A stretch of DNA of 63,797 bases, the filler included, from Octopus bimaculoides (lineage: Eukaryota): NCBI RefSeq assembly GCF_001194135.2. It is 6 parts of 6 records of this genome, joined end to end, with 100 filler letters (N's around TTAATTAATTAA, not from the genome) between each part and the next. Parts side by side here need not be neighbours in the genome. Positions count along the whole stretch, not along the records: positions 34,300 to 41,649 come from NC_068984.1; positions 41,750 to 55,855 come from NC_068992.1; 4 more parts are not named here. The stretch is one strand, 5' to 3'. Shown here one piece after another: positions 41,641 to 53,364 of the stretch; position 1 is the stretch's first letter, and each line of letters starts with the position of its first letter. The position numbers were made by a program, and so were the translations under genes. The notes under the pieces are model-generated. The model did not search any database. It saw only the letters and a program-made list of their open reading frames with translations, and was not told the origin of the DNA.

Positions 41641-43509
41641 ATTATCTCCNNNNNNNNNNNNNNNNNNNNNNNNNNNNNNNNNNNNNNNNNNNNTTAATTA
41701 ATTAANNNNNNNNNNNNNNNNNNNNNNNNNNNNNNNNNNNNNNNNNNNNCATGCGGTGGACGAAATAGGAATACAAAATACAAAATGGCTGATAGTTAGC
41801 AAGGTGAGACACACACATAAGAAAGAAGGAAACAAAGGACCACTGATGAGGTCACAGAAGTGTGACGACAGAACTCTGGCCGAAATAAGATTAAGATTAA
41901 TGTAATGTAATATAAAGCTGAAGCAAATTAACACCAAACATACAGTGCGTGTGTTTTTATTGGCTAAACTGGCAATATGACCATCCCCAAGTACAACAAC
42001 ATATATATATATCTGTGTGTGTGTAGTTATGTTATATTCTGTTAAGAACATAGTGCAGTACAGTAAAAAGTTCATCCACCTTCAGATTTCATCTGGTGTT
42101 ATCCACTAGTAGTATTATTCCAGCAAGAATTATTACTCTTTTATTCTGCATCCAACCTAATATGTAGGAAAAGACAGTAAAACCAGAAAGAGTTGTTGGT
42201 GTGGATTACTTTCCAGTAGTAAGCTAAGGGTGAAAAAAAAAAAAAAAGGAACAAGGAAAAGAAATGAACGAGAGGAAGGTACCCAACAACAACCACTTAG
42301 ACAACAAGCATTTTCATCGCTTCAGGGTTGATTTTGTGATCTTGAACTTTAGAAAGCGCAGCTGTTAAAAATGGTAATCTTCAGCATTGATGAAGAAACT
42401 TAGGAAACATCCTTGACAACAAGGAAATGTCAATGTGTGTGTGTGTGTGTGTGTGCATGTGTGCTGGGAGAGGCATGGCTGTTTGCTATGTTAAAACTGG
42501 TTGTTATATAATCACAGAAACAGATCACAGAATGAATAAGATGAAAAGAAAAAAAACAACAAAAACCCAGAATCTATTGAATGAATCTCTTCTGAGAAAT
42601 ATGGTTACAATCACAAAAAAGTTGTATAGTTTAATAAGGCCAAAATACAAACACTAAAGTGAAAATAAATATTATAATACCAATATTAAACAGGACTCAC
42701 CAAGGACTTCATTTTCACAAATCATTATAAATATACTTAAATCAATTTAAAACAACATTTCTGATTGTCATGAAATTCAAAGTAAGGTTCTTCAGTTTCA
42801 TATTCAATACCTTGAAGAGATAAAATATGAGACAATTGGACAAAGAATACATGTGGTTACATCTTGGGAGCTCAAAGCTTGATCTCAGTGCATTTATAAT
42901 GATATTTAATGAAATATTTAGTGAGTGTTCCTCAAAGTGGCTTCCAGAAGATTACTTCACTTGCATCAGTATATGCTTTTCTTTCTTTTTTTTAATTTGC
43001 TATTTTTTTGTCTGTACAACATTACAAGGTTTTTTTTTTTTTCTGTACAACTCTATAACTGAATATTCAAAGATAACTTCTTAATGTTAACAAAGACGAA
43101 GAATTGAGATTATTCCTTATTATATAAATAGTGAGATCCCAGTAAATACTATATCATATTTACATTAATAATCTCTTTAAATTAAAAAGAAAAAAAACCC
43201 CTTGACTACCAAATCAAAGAAGATTTTGGTAATTCCATGTATATAAAATATCTACAAAATATTTCAGGGAAGAATGCACTGCAGTGTGCTTCTTATTACC
43301 TTATCCAAACCCCACACAAGGATTTGAACTTAAAAATTGCAAGCTAACAAATCACTTGCTCATGATAGAGTTCTTACTGAATAGCAGTGTCATATATTTA
43401 CACTATGGTACCTATTTACAGTTTGGTGGACTGAGCCAGTTATAACCAAGTCTTCATTATGGACAACATGCAGAGCAGAGCTGGTGATGTGATTTGAACT
43501 TTTAAACTC

Positions 43510-43515
43510 TTTATT
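43510..43515 (-). terminator. Candidate AATAAA polyadenylation signal about 30 nt after the stop codon
   Basis: tttatt on the plus strand; position only, and the region is AT-rich, so weak. Confidence 0.25.
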
Positions 43516-43544
43516 CAATAATATAATGCCCCACTGACATGTGA

Positions 43545-46285
43545 TCAGTTGGAGGAATTATCAACAGCAATTGTGGAAGAATTATCAACAGCAATTGTGG
43601 AGGAATTATCAACAGCAATTGTGGAGGAATTATCAACAGCAATTGTGGAGGAATTATCAACAGCAATTGTGGAGGAATTATCAACAGCAATTGTGGAGGA
43701 ATTATCAACAGCAATTGTGGAAGAATTATCAACAGCAATTGCCGTTTCAACAAAGCTTGTATTCTGTTGGTCGTCTAACACCTTTATTTCAATGTTCGGT
43801 GTGTCGATAGTAGCAACATCAATACGACATGTGGTTACATGGCTCTCAGCATGCGCTAGAGAGGAGAAGACAGCATTACACTCACTACACATAAACACTT
43901 CTGGCATCTCCATCAACTGGGCAGCCTGTGCAGCAGCCTGCAGAATGTTGCCTTCTGGGATACCAGACAGGTTCGACATATCGATGACAATGTCGTTTTG
44001 ATCACCCACTGGAATGGCAATGTTTTCACCAGACTCTACCTGCTGTTGTTCCAGATGAAGTCCATCAACTGTTAATGTCATTCCATCACTGATAACCGTT
44101 CTGCTCAGCTGCCATGATTTATCTCCTTTACAACGAGGCTGATGGTGTTTCAGTGTAGCCGAACACGAAAATGGTTTGTTACAGTTCTGACACACATATT
44201 TACTGATTCCAGTATGAATGACCATGTGTTGAATAAGTTTTGACTTAAATTTAAACGCTCGATCACAACATGCACACTTAAATGGTTTCTCTGTAGTGTG
44301 GATATGAATCTGATGTTTCATCAACATTGTGCGGAAAGCAAACCCTTTGCCACACAGCTGACATTTGTGTGGTTTGTTACCGGTGTGTTTGTTGAGATGA
44401 TCATTGAAGTTAGCTTTACTGATGTGTTTTTGACCACAATAGTCACAAGTAAAACGATATTTTCGTTTGCTAACGTCTTTGTGAGTTTCTAAATGGTCTT
44501 TAAGAGTGTTGCTTTCAAAGAAACGCCAGCCACATAAGTTGCATTCGTGTTTCTTAATGCCTTCGTGTCGTTTCATGTGAGTGCGGAGGTAGCGTATGTG
44601 ATTGAACTGTTTACCACACTGCGTACACTGAGCTGCTTTCTCTTTTGTGTGAACAGCTTGAATATGAGTAATTAAATGGTTCCCTTTTGAAAAGAGTTTC
44701 CCACATAAATTGCACAACTTAGAATCATCTACGTGAGTTTCTTTGTGATTAATCAAAGCAGAATAGTTCGGAGCCACAAAACTGCATTGATTACATTTCA
44801 TAGAAGTCTTTTTCGGATCAGGCTCCTTAGTGATTTTGTGCATAAAACTCATGTGCCAATTCAGTTTGGCAGTACCCTGAAAGCTTTTGCCACATACAGA
44901 ACAGTGAACAATAGCTAACTCGGGAAATGGTCCATGTTTACGAGACAGGTGACTCTTTAAGTCAAACAATCGATCGAAAGTTCTTTGACAGACATCACAA
45001 CGCAATGGGTTTTCTATGTTGTGTACTTGCTTTAAATGTTCGGTAATTATGTGAAATTCATTAACCGGTAAGCCACACAGGTAACAAAGCAGGTCATAAG
45101 TGTGAGATGACAGCTGTTTTGATTCTGTAATTTTAAGAGTTTGATTAAAAGTGTTCCCAGCATACCTGGAATTTACGTCACTAGTAGATGATGATGATGA
45201 TAAGGATGACGATGGTCCACTACCACTTATACCAGCAGCAGCTAATTCATTCCTATTTCTCTGTCTTTGCCTTTTTTTGGAAGAGAATAAATCCCGGATG
45301 GTAGGTAATACAGCAACGTCTGACATTACTAATGGCTTGAAAACACGAGATTTAGGTCTTTTGCTAGAATCTTTTGATTTAGAAGGATTAGCACTAGTTG
45401 AAGCTGCTTTAGAATTCTTCTGACTAACAGTATCACTTTGAACAGTACTGCCATTATCATCATCATCATTGTTCTTATTACTATTATCGTTAATACTACT
45501 ACTAGTGTTACCCTCAGCCTTTATAAGCTTATTAGTTTCAGAACTGTCATCAATTAACATAGCCTCATCAGGTTTACCACTGACTGAGCAACTGGCACCA
45601 ACTGTTTCTGAAGATGGAGAGTCTTCATCACTTGAGTCGTTTAAACCATTCTCGGTGTTCATTTTAAAGAGTTCATTTTTCTTGGGTTTTCCCACAAGGA
45701 ATGAAAAATCTATTTTCTTCCCACGGGTAGAATAGCGTTTGCTATTCAACAGGTGACTATCAGCATCTGGGGTCATGTCATAAGCCTCATCAAGATCTTT
45801 TTCATAAACAGGTTCTTCAGAAGCGTTAACTTTATTGCTAATCTCTTTCCTTGGCCTTCCTCTTTTCCTTTTGATTGGTTTAGCACCTGGACTTTGTAAA
45901 TCTACTTGGGTTAAGTCAACTTTTCGAACTTTAATATTGCTTGGGTTCAAACAGTTGTTTAGTTTTCGAGGCCGCCCACGTTTTCTGGGAGAAGATGGCG
46001 AGGCCACCAAACTGGCTGCTGGACTCTCAGGATGTTTCTCACCATTATCTTTAGATCTTTTGGAGCTGTATTCTTTCAAAGTAACTTTTGTATCTTTGTC
46101 ACAATTATTTAATGCCCGTTTGTTCAGCTGCTTTGAAGACTGGTTAGAACAGATGTTTTCTGGCGTTTTATCACCATTAAATGTGTTGGAGGGATTCATT
46201 TCAAGTGACGATGGAATTTTCTGCTCTGACAGCAGGCTGACTTCAACTTGCATGCTAGCATCCATACAATTCTTTGGGTACAAAT
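43545..46285 (-). CDS. Zinc-finger gene terminal exon: two AT-hooks, about 10 C2H2 plus 2 C2HC fingers, C-terminal (TIAVDNSS)8 repeat, stop codon
   Basis: 912-codon open frame; acceptor ttatttttttttcag|AT; AT-hooks PRKRGRPRK and KRKRGRPRK; CxxC-x12-H-x3-4-H fingers at about 44130-45090 with TGNKPHKC and TTEKPFKC linkers; TGA at 43545-43547. Confidence 0.95.
43551..43742 (-). repeat. Coding 24-bp tandem repeat x8 encoding TIAVDNSS
   Basis: Plus-strand unit ggaggaattatcaacagcaattgt; 192 bp; nearly identical copies. Confidence 0.97.
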
Positions 46286-46320
46286 CTGAAAAAAAAATAA
46301 ATAAATAAATAATGGTTTCT

Positions 46321-46990
46321 GATTAAAGTACAAGGCCAGCAATTTTGAGGGGTGGAGAGTAGTCAATACTATCAACCCCAAACTTAAACAGAGCTTTAAT
46401 TTATTGATCCCACCGAAAGGATGAAAGACAAAGTTGATTCAACAGGATTTGAACTCACAATGTAAAGAGCCGGAGTCAAACACCACAAAGTACATTTTTT
46501 GACATTCTAGCGATTCTGCCTTTATGGCATTTTGATTTAGACACAAGGCCAGCAATTTTAAGGGAAGGAAGGCCTAGTCAATTCCCTCGACTCCAGTATT
46601 TGATCTCATCATCCCTAGAGGGATAAAAAGCAAAGTTGATCTCAGTAAGAATTGAACTCAAAATGTAAAGAGTTGGAAAAATACCACAAAACATTTCTTC
46701 TAGTGTTTTAACAGTTCTACTATTCCACCACCTTCATATAATAATTGATTCTAATTAAGGCACAAAGTGACCAAATTTAGGGTAAGGGAACAGTCAATTA
46801 CATCAAGTCCTGTAACTGGTACTTCATTTTATCGACCCTGAAAGAATAAAAGACAAAGCTAACCGCAGTATGTCTCCACCCCCTATTTTACAGTTGAATT
46901 CAAGATGTAAAGAGCCAAAAGAACAACAACATCTCTCACAATTTTGCCAATCCCTTGCCCAGAAGGATGAAAGACAAAGTTGACCGGGGC
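46321..46990 (-). mobile_element. Three tandem degenerate SINE family A copies in the last intron of the zinc-finger gene
   Basis: caaggcc..aattttg / gaaaggatgaaagacaaagttga / tttgaactca motifs recur three times. Confidence 0.75.
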
Positions 46991-47323
46991 AAGAACACAA
47001 AAAGCAGGAAATATCATAAAGGGTTTGGGCCAACACACTAATGTCAATTTGTCAGCCATTTTCTTGCAAGTATTAATGGATTGTTGATTGTGTATTTAAG
47101 ATGCTGGACTACAGGCCTATTGACCAAATGGTTAATAGCTCAAGTCTATCTACTGCAACCATTATAATACCTATTGAATGCTGGTGTTGAAGGTATTGAC
47201 AAGGCTCCTCCCCATCCTGTGTATATCACCTTGCAGTCTATTCTACTTGACTGAGAAAAACAAAAATTTCACTCCCTACCTCTCAACTAGTCAAAGACAA
47301 GGAAGAGTATCATCTAGTATAAT

Positions 47324-47548
47324 CTACTCCCTACTTCACAGTTGACTGGACAGCAGTAGGAAAGAATACCATCCAACATATCTCTACTCTTTACTTCACA
47401 GTTGGTTAATGGTAAGAAGGTGTACCGTCCAGCATATCTACTCCCTACTTCACAGTTGAACAGGTAATAATAAGGAGTATCGACTAGCATACTCCACTTT
47501 CTACTTTACAGGTGAGTGGTTAGTAGTAAGGAATATCCACCTAGCTAT
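47324..47548. repeat. Degenerate repeat array, about 54-60 bp x4
   Basis: Recurrent head ctactccctacttcacagttg. Confidence 0.75.
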
Positions 47549-47788
47549 AAAAATAATTGAGATAAGAAATAAACCATCTTCCTTATGCAAACAATACACA
47601 TGTAATGTTGTATGGAAAACAATTCCAATCCGACACCAACTGAAGACTGGGTCCTTTGATTCACTTGTGCCACGTTCCTGGCCATAACATTTGTTAATTC
47701 TCTTTCAAATGTAGTCGGTCATTGGGGAGTGGGGTTCTGATATTAAACTACATGCCTCATATGGCCATTAAGAAAATAGTTCACTGAC

Positions 47789-47867
47789 CTTCATCAGTCT
47801 GAGTATTTTTCTCTTCGTATTGTTTTGTGGGAGTAACTTGTTCTGTATTCGGATCTCCGATAATGGC
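47789..47867 (-). CDS. Zinc-finger gene exon 8 (79 bp, phase 0 to 1): AIIGDPNTEQVTPTKQYEEKNTQTDE
   Basis: Acceptor gttttcttttcag| and donor GAAG|gtcagt; restores the phase required by the terminal exon. Too short for the ORF track. Confidence 0.75.
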
Positions 47868-48016
47868 CTGAAAAGAAAACAGTAAAGACGATTAGGCCAA
47901 ACAGGAAAAGCACGTGTAGAAAATGTCACAGCTTGCATTTAGAGAAACCACAGTGTGTGTAGAGAGAAAATAACATACTTTTTGACATACAAGTCAAATT
48001 TTTCAAAATTTACTAA

Positions 48017-48190
48017 CAAGCACCCACTACACTCTCAGAGTGGTTGGCGTTAGGAAGGGCATGCAGCTATAGAAACTCTGCCAAATCAGATTGGAGCCTG
48101 GTGTTGCCATCTGGTTTCACCAGTCCTCAGTCAAATCGTCCAACCCATGCTAGCATGGAAAGCGGATGTTAAATGATGATGATGATGATA
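48017..48190 (+). mobile_element. RTE-type 3'-end element with (TGA)n tail
   Basis: cacccactacactctcagagtggttggcgttaggaagggc...catgctagcatggaaagcggatgttaaa(tga)n; repeated at 50000-50160 and 62228-62410. Confidence 0.7.
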
Positions 48191-48864
48191 TATATATGCA
48201 TATATATATATATATGTCTATGTGTATACACTCATACACACACCCCAGGCTTCTTTCAGTTTCTGTCTATCATATCCATTCACAAGGCTTTAACTGGCCA
48301 GGATCTGTAGTAAAAGACACCTGCCTAATGTGCCACACAGTGGGACTGAGCTTGGAACCATGTGGATGGAAAATAAATTTCTTCACCACGCAGCCATGCT
48401 AGCACCTGTTTGTACAGAAATAAATGCCAGATGATAATTTTCTATGGATGTTGACATAATGATAAATCAGGTGACCTTATATGGGTTTTTTTTAAATGTT
48501 TTTTAGCTTTATGATATAAACTTTTGTTTGTTTATTTTCTTTTTAAATGTACGTTAATTAGACAAAATACTGAAATGTCTTTATTTTACAGTTTTATTCT
48601 ATGCCAGGTGAGAAATGACAATAACCAAGAGAATTATGTGTGCAATTCCTAGCTAAACATGCAACAACAGCAGCAGTTTGTATCATGTCACTGCATGAAT
48701 TTGCAAACATAACCAACACATATGTCAGTATGAAAAAGAAAAAACCCCAAAAAAATACAAGATTAAAAAAAAAAAACAAAAAAGAAAAGACAGACAAGAG
48801 TCAATAATGATTTCAGAAATTTTTGTTTGATTTTACTCTGCAAAGCTAGAAGTGAAATTCTTAC

Positions 48865-49071
48865 TTTTAACACCAAGTCTTTTGTCATTTCTAGAACTTT
48901 CAAATTTCCTACTAATTCACGTACAAGAAGACTCCCCAGTTCTCCTGCGCTCCAAATCAATTTAGCACCAGTATGTAAGGCAATATCAGAAAAGATCTCC
49001 TCAACGTTGCCTTTATCACGAAGAGCATCGACACATTCATTAGACAACCTGGCAATCACGTGTTCATAGAC
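48865..49071 (-). CDS. Zinc-finger gene exon 7 (phase 0 to 0): VYEHVIARLSNECVDALRDKGNVEEIFSDIALHTGAKLIWSAGELGSLLVRELVGNLKVLEMTKDLVLK (KH-like pattern)
   Basis: Acceptor ctctttattttcgcag| and donor AAA|gtaaga; 207 bp, 69 codons; in frame with ORF 48763..49059. Confidence 0.8.
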
Positions 49072-49376
49072 CTGCGAAAATAAAGAGGAGAAAACGGGGG
49101 GGGGGAATTAATTTATTACATGTTTGGTACAGGAAAGGTGACTTCACTAAGGAAATAACGAGGGCCCTGGCCTACTGTAAAAGAAATAATTAAATAAAAG
49201 GGTTCGGATCTGGTTAACAAAATATTCAAGAACGTATGAATGCTTGTTATATAACCACCCACTCACACAGGCAACCCAGAGCTATAGCACAAGACACTTG
49301 CCCATGGTGTAGTGGAGTTGGACTGAACATGAAATCACAGGTGCAATATGTGTAGAATAAATAGTGAAGGAGATAC

Positions 49377-49786
49377 CTGTAAATCTTCCAAGGATTTTGG
49401 TTCACATAACACTTCACCTTCCTCAACATCCTTATCCTCATGTGTTACTTCCGATGGTGGTTCCCCAGTTTTCTCATTCTCTCCAATGTTACCGTTTTCA
49501 GCCACAAGAAACGAAGGACACAGGTCCACGTTGGCATTTGTCTTTTCCTCTTTTAGTTTCTGCCCAGATTCTCCGATGACAGAAAAATTCTCTATTGCTG
49601 TTACACTCGACTCATCCTGCTTCAAGACTTTCAGACAGACAGGCCCAGGACAGATCTTTAAATGCCGAGCAAAGCTCTTGCGCCGCCGCCGGGTCGATCC
49701 GCAAATGGGGCAGTGAAAGTGATAGCGGATTTTATTACAACCTTTCTCAAGCTCACAACGTCCATTACAGAGGAGCACTGAGTATT
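49377..49786 (-). CDS. Zinc-finger gene exon 6 (phase 1 to 0): EYSVLLCNGRCELEKGCNKIRYHFHCPICGSTRRRRKSFARHLKIC...acidic linker...LEDLQ
   Basis: Acceptor ttctattttacag| and donor CAG|gtatct; 410 bp; N-terminal part paralogous to exon 2. Confidence 0.85.
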
Positions 49787-49821
49787 CTGTAAAATAGAAT
49801 AAAAATAAAATATTTAATTAG

Positions 49822-49995
49822 GAGCAATCATGGCTGTGTGGTTAAGAAGCTTGATCTGCAATCGACCATATGGTTTCAGGTTCAGTCCCACTGTGACACC
49901 CTGAGCAAGTGACTTCTACTATATTTATGAGCAAATTTGGTAAACAAACTGTGAGGAAACATGTCATATGTACACACACACACACACACACACAC

Positions 49996-50028
<33 letters not shown>

Positions 50029-50400
50029 TGTTTAACGTCTGCTTTCCATGCTAGCATGGGTTGGACGATTTGACTGAGGACTGGTGAAACCGGATGGCAA
50101 CACCAGGCTCCAATCTAATTTGGCAGAGTTTCTACAGCTGGATGCCCTTCCTAACGCCATACATATACATACATATATACATACATACACATATATGTGT
50201 GTGTTCTGCACTGCTTGACAACCAGTGTTGGCTTGTTTACATCCCACTAACTTAGTGGTTCGGTAAAAGAGACCGGCAGATTAAGTACTGGGCTTTAAAA
50301 AAAAATATTAGTGTCAAATCGTTCAATTAAACACTTTAAGGTAGTGCTCCAGCATGGCCACAATCCAATAACTGAAACAAGAGCTAAAAGATCAAATATA
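49822..50400 (+). mobile_element. SINE family C interrupted by an RTE-type 3'-end element
   Basis: Head 49822-49960, microsatellite plus insertion, 3' half 50190-50400. Confidence 0.7.
50000..50160 (-). mobile_element. RTE-type 3'-end element nested in the internal microsatellite of a SINE
   Basis: Reverse complement of 48017-48190, with (CAT)n tail. Confidence 0.7.
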
Positions 50401-50719
50401 TACTTTTTCATTTCTATATATGTATAGAGGAAACATTTACAAGTGTTGTACACACAAGTGTACAATGCATATATATACATATATATATATATTTAAAGAC
50501 ACCCTCAACTTAAACACTGAAGAGGAGTGTAAAAGTACTGTTCCTATATGTAATATAATTGTATACTTTCCGAAACCTGTTTCTGATATTGCATCATGAC
50601 AGAGCTATGATTGGCATTTAAAAAACAAATTTCCAATTATATTCACTTTTATTTTGTAATCATATTATTTACTGCTATGCATTAATGTCTGTCGTAAGTG
50701 ACCTAGTCATCGTTACAAT

Positions 50720-51015
50720 AAGACAGAGTATCAACAAGATACGGCAGGACAGAGTGTCAGTGATACAGAGTACCAGTGGGATGTAATGGAATAGAGTATC
50801 CGAGGTATATTAGGATAAAGTATTAATGCATATAAATAGAGTGCTAGTGAGGTATAGTGGGAGAGAGTATGAGTGAGATATAGTAGAATAGAGTATTAGT
50901 GAGAGAAAGTTATCATTGATCATTAGAGGAATAGAGTATCAGGGAGTACAGGTGAGAGTTAGTGGAATAAAGTACCAGTGAGATATAGTGGGACAGAGTG
51001 TCAGTGAGTACAAGT
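50720..51015. repeat. Degenerate short tandem repeat (gacagagtatcagtgagatatagtgg-like) abutting the exon 5 donor
   Basis: Recurrent agagt(a/g)tcagtga and tatagtgg motifs. Confidence 0.65.
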
Positions 51016-51030
51016 GGGATATCTCTGTAC

Positions 51031-51214
51031 CTTTATACTGGATCCTTCTCTTCCAGTGAGCATAGTAATGGTACTGAAGGTGTTGCAAGAAATTGGGTTT
51101 GAATTTCTCCTTCGTACACAACGGACAGTGGTACTTATGGCCACAGTTACAGTCAGGAGCATAACACTTTTCCATGGGTAGATCATTCAGGGTACGTACA
51201 ATGGACTGGTGATA
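51031..51214 (-). CDS. Zinc-finger gene exon 5 (phase 0 to 1): YHQSIVRTLNDLPMEKCYAPDCNCGHKYHCPLCTKEKFKPNFLQHLQYHYYAHWKRRIQYK
   Basis: Acceptor ctacttttttctag| and donor AAAG|gtacag; 184 bp; paralogous to exon 1. Confidence 0.85.
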
Positions 51215-51618
51215 CTAGAAAAAAGTAGAGACATAGACTGAGGTTACATTACGACATGAAATATAAATGCAATTTGTTATTAGGGTACATACAACAGATT
51301 GGTGGACACTATATTCAAAGTTCAATGATATCTGACTAGTGTTCTACAACAAAATGATAGTGAATTGGACGAATTACAATATTTACTTCATATTTATCAA
51401 AATTTTGAATTCAAATCCAACAACAGGGTTGGCCTTGTTGATCATTCTTCTGGAGAGAATTATAAATTAAGCATCATACATATAGCTGCACATCACCTCA
51501 ACCAATGGAGAAATTAACAGCACTAAATCTACTGTCCATCTTCATCCATTTTTAATGAGCCACTACATAAAAGTAAAGGATTTAATGAGAAACAAAGCAA
51601 GGACATTGGTTAGCTTAC

Positions 51619-51953
51619 CTTTAAACCTTCGACATCACGCGGATGAGGAACGTTCTCAAAATCTTTCTCCAAAAGTATTGTAGCCTTTCTCCAATTGTCT
51701 GTCAGTGCTTTGGAAGTGCGAGGCTGTTCCATGCAGCGCCATAAATGGTTAATGAGTGGACTCCGTCGGTTTCGCATAACATTGCAAACTGGGCAATGAT
51801 AATGTGGTCCAGATCTTTGTACATCAACTGCAGAAGTATCAAGTGAAGATTCTGAAGCTTTCTCCCCATCAGCAGGGGTCGTTGCTTCCGATGTAGTTTT
51901 CACATCTGCAGGTTTATAACATGATTCGTTCTTACAAAGATGGATTTCTTTAC
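51619..51953 (-). CDS. Zinc-finger gene exon 4 (phase 1 to 0): GKEIHLCKNESCY...GPHYHCPVCNVMRNRRSPLINHLWRC...DVEGLK
   Basis: Acceptor ccatctttctttag| and donor AAG|gtaagc; 335 bp; in frame with ORF 51610..52026. Confidence 0.85.
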
Positions 51954-52475
51954 CTAAAGAAAGATGGAAGATTTTTTTTCTTAAATCGTAAAAAAAAAGA
52001 GTGAAAGACCAAAGTACGAAGTCCATTAAAGACAGTTGGAAGAAACATGGTCTTTACAACATCTATTGCCCTAAGCTCACGGGGTTAATAAAGCCTATCA
52101 CCATTTCACAGATACTGAGACATCATTTAGCTAGAGTAACATATCTTCTCCCTGAACATCAAAAAGTCAAGAACCACATATATCCATCACTTAAGATAAT
52201 CATCGACGTTAATTGCTTTATACCCACTTTCCATAGTGGTATAAAGTGGGTGAATCATCACAGCCCAAGTCAACTATTTTCTGAAGTTACTGCTCCCCTA
52301 GACCACCTGCAAAGTTATGTGCTGTTTATCTTGATATGAAATCACCATGTCCTGCACATATGGTTGTGATGCATGTGACTGGTGTACCCTTATCAGATGG
52401 GTGTCATGATGGGTATACCGGGCATTGTATATTTGTACTCCAGTGTCACTCTGATGGCATGCATTGCTCTCACTC

Positions 52476-52521
<46 letters not shown>

Positions 52522-52527
52522 CCTTAC

Positions 52528-52591
52528 CATATCCTTTGATAGTATTTGGATATTTTGGATCTGGCACAGAGATACAGCTCTTATCCTTGCC
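52528..52591 (-). CDS. Zinc-finger gene exon 3 (64 bp, phase 0 to 1): GKDKSCISVPDPKYPNTIKGY
   Basis: Acceptor atttcatttaag| and donor TATG|gtaagg; bridges the phase-0 end of exon 2 to the phase-1 start of exon 4. Confidence 0.65.
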
Positions 52592-52784
52592 CTTAAATGA
52601 AATATTGTATTCAAATATTAGTAACATCTCATTGTAAAACATCATCATCATCATCATCATCATAATAATCATCATTTACTATCCACTTTTCTAAACTAAA
52701 AGTAACACTTTTATCCACTAAGCCACAGACATGAGGAGTGCACAAAACTACAACTATATGAAACAATGACTCATCTCAAGACAT

Positions 52785-52984
52785 TTAACCCTTTCGTAAC
52801 CAAATTTCTGTTGAAATGCACTACCTATGTTTCAATTAATAAAGAATTAAGCAAAATGACTTTGTTATTATTAAGTTGAGAGCATAAATTCACAAGAAAG
52901 GTTTTAATTTAGATTGCTTTAAAATAGGAAGTTTATATCATAGAACCAGAGCAGTCTCAAGTAGGTTGGTATCAAAAGGGTTAA
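52785..52984. mobile_element. piggyBac-type MITE
   Basis: TTAA-CCCTTTCGTAACC ... GGTATCAAAAGGG-TTAA. Confidence 0.75.
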
Positions 52985-53033
52985 ACATTATATAAACATA
53001 GAATTTAAAATGGATATTTAAAGACTTACATAC

Positions 53034-53164
53034 CATTTTCTTCATATGCGAATGTAGGTGCAGAGTAAAGGCATAGCGCTTCAGCAATTTTGAAGGACAG
53101 TAAGGACAATGATAATGTCCAGCGATCTGACCACAAGACCAGAAACATTTCACTATAGTTACAT
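53034..53164 (-). CDS. Zinc-finger gene exon 2 (phase 1 to 0): DVTIVKCFWSCGQIAGHYHCPYCPSKLLKRYAFTLHLHSHMKKM
   Basis: Acceptor ctttactgatttcag| and donor ATG|gtatgt (alternative gtaagt 4 nt further); 131 bp; HYHCPYC motif. Confidence 0.85.
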
Positions 53165-53364
53165 CTGAAATCAGTAAAGAAAATTACGTGGTTTCAAGTC
53201 ACTGATATAGAAATAATTTTACAATCAAAAATGCAATCTTAACACCATCTTAACACCAATTTCAATTTTGTAGTCTTGAAATTTTCCAACTCAATATCTT
53301 CCCTCCACCCTACCCCCCACTCCATGCCAATGTAGCCCATCTAGAATCGCTGTGGTTACCCACG

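Noticed and set aside
43541-46308. Plus-strand ORFs (WRNYQQQL repeats, EELSTAIV repeats and others) over the zinc-finger exon
   Set aside because: Antisense shadows of the real CDS and of its stop-free 24-bp repeat.
40440-47548. CRISPR-like appearance of the 61-bp and about 55-bp arrays
   Set aside because: Eukaryotic context, no cas genes, and the units are homologous along their length rather than having unique spacers.
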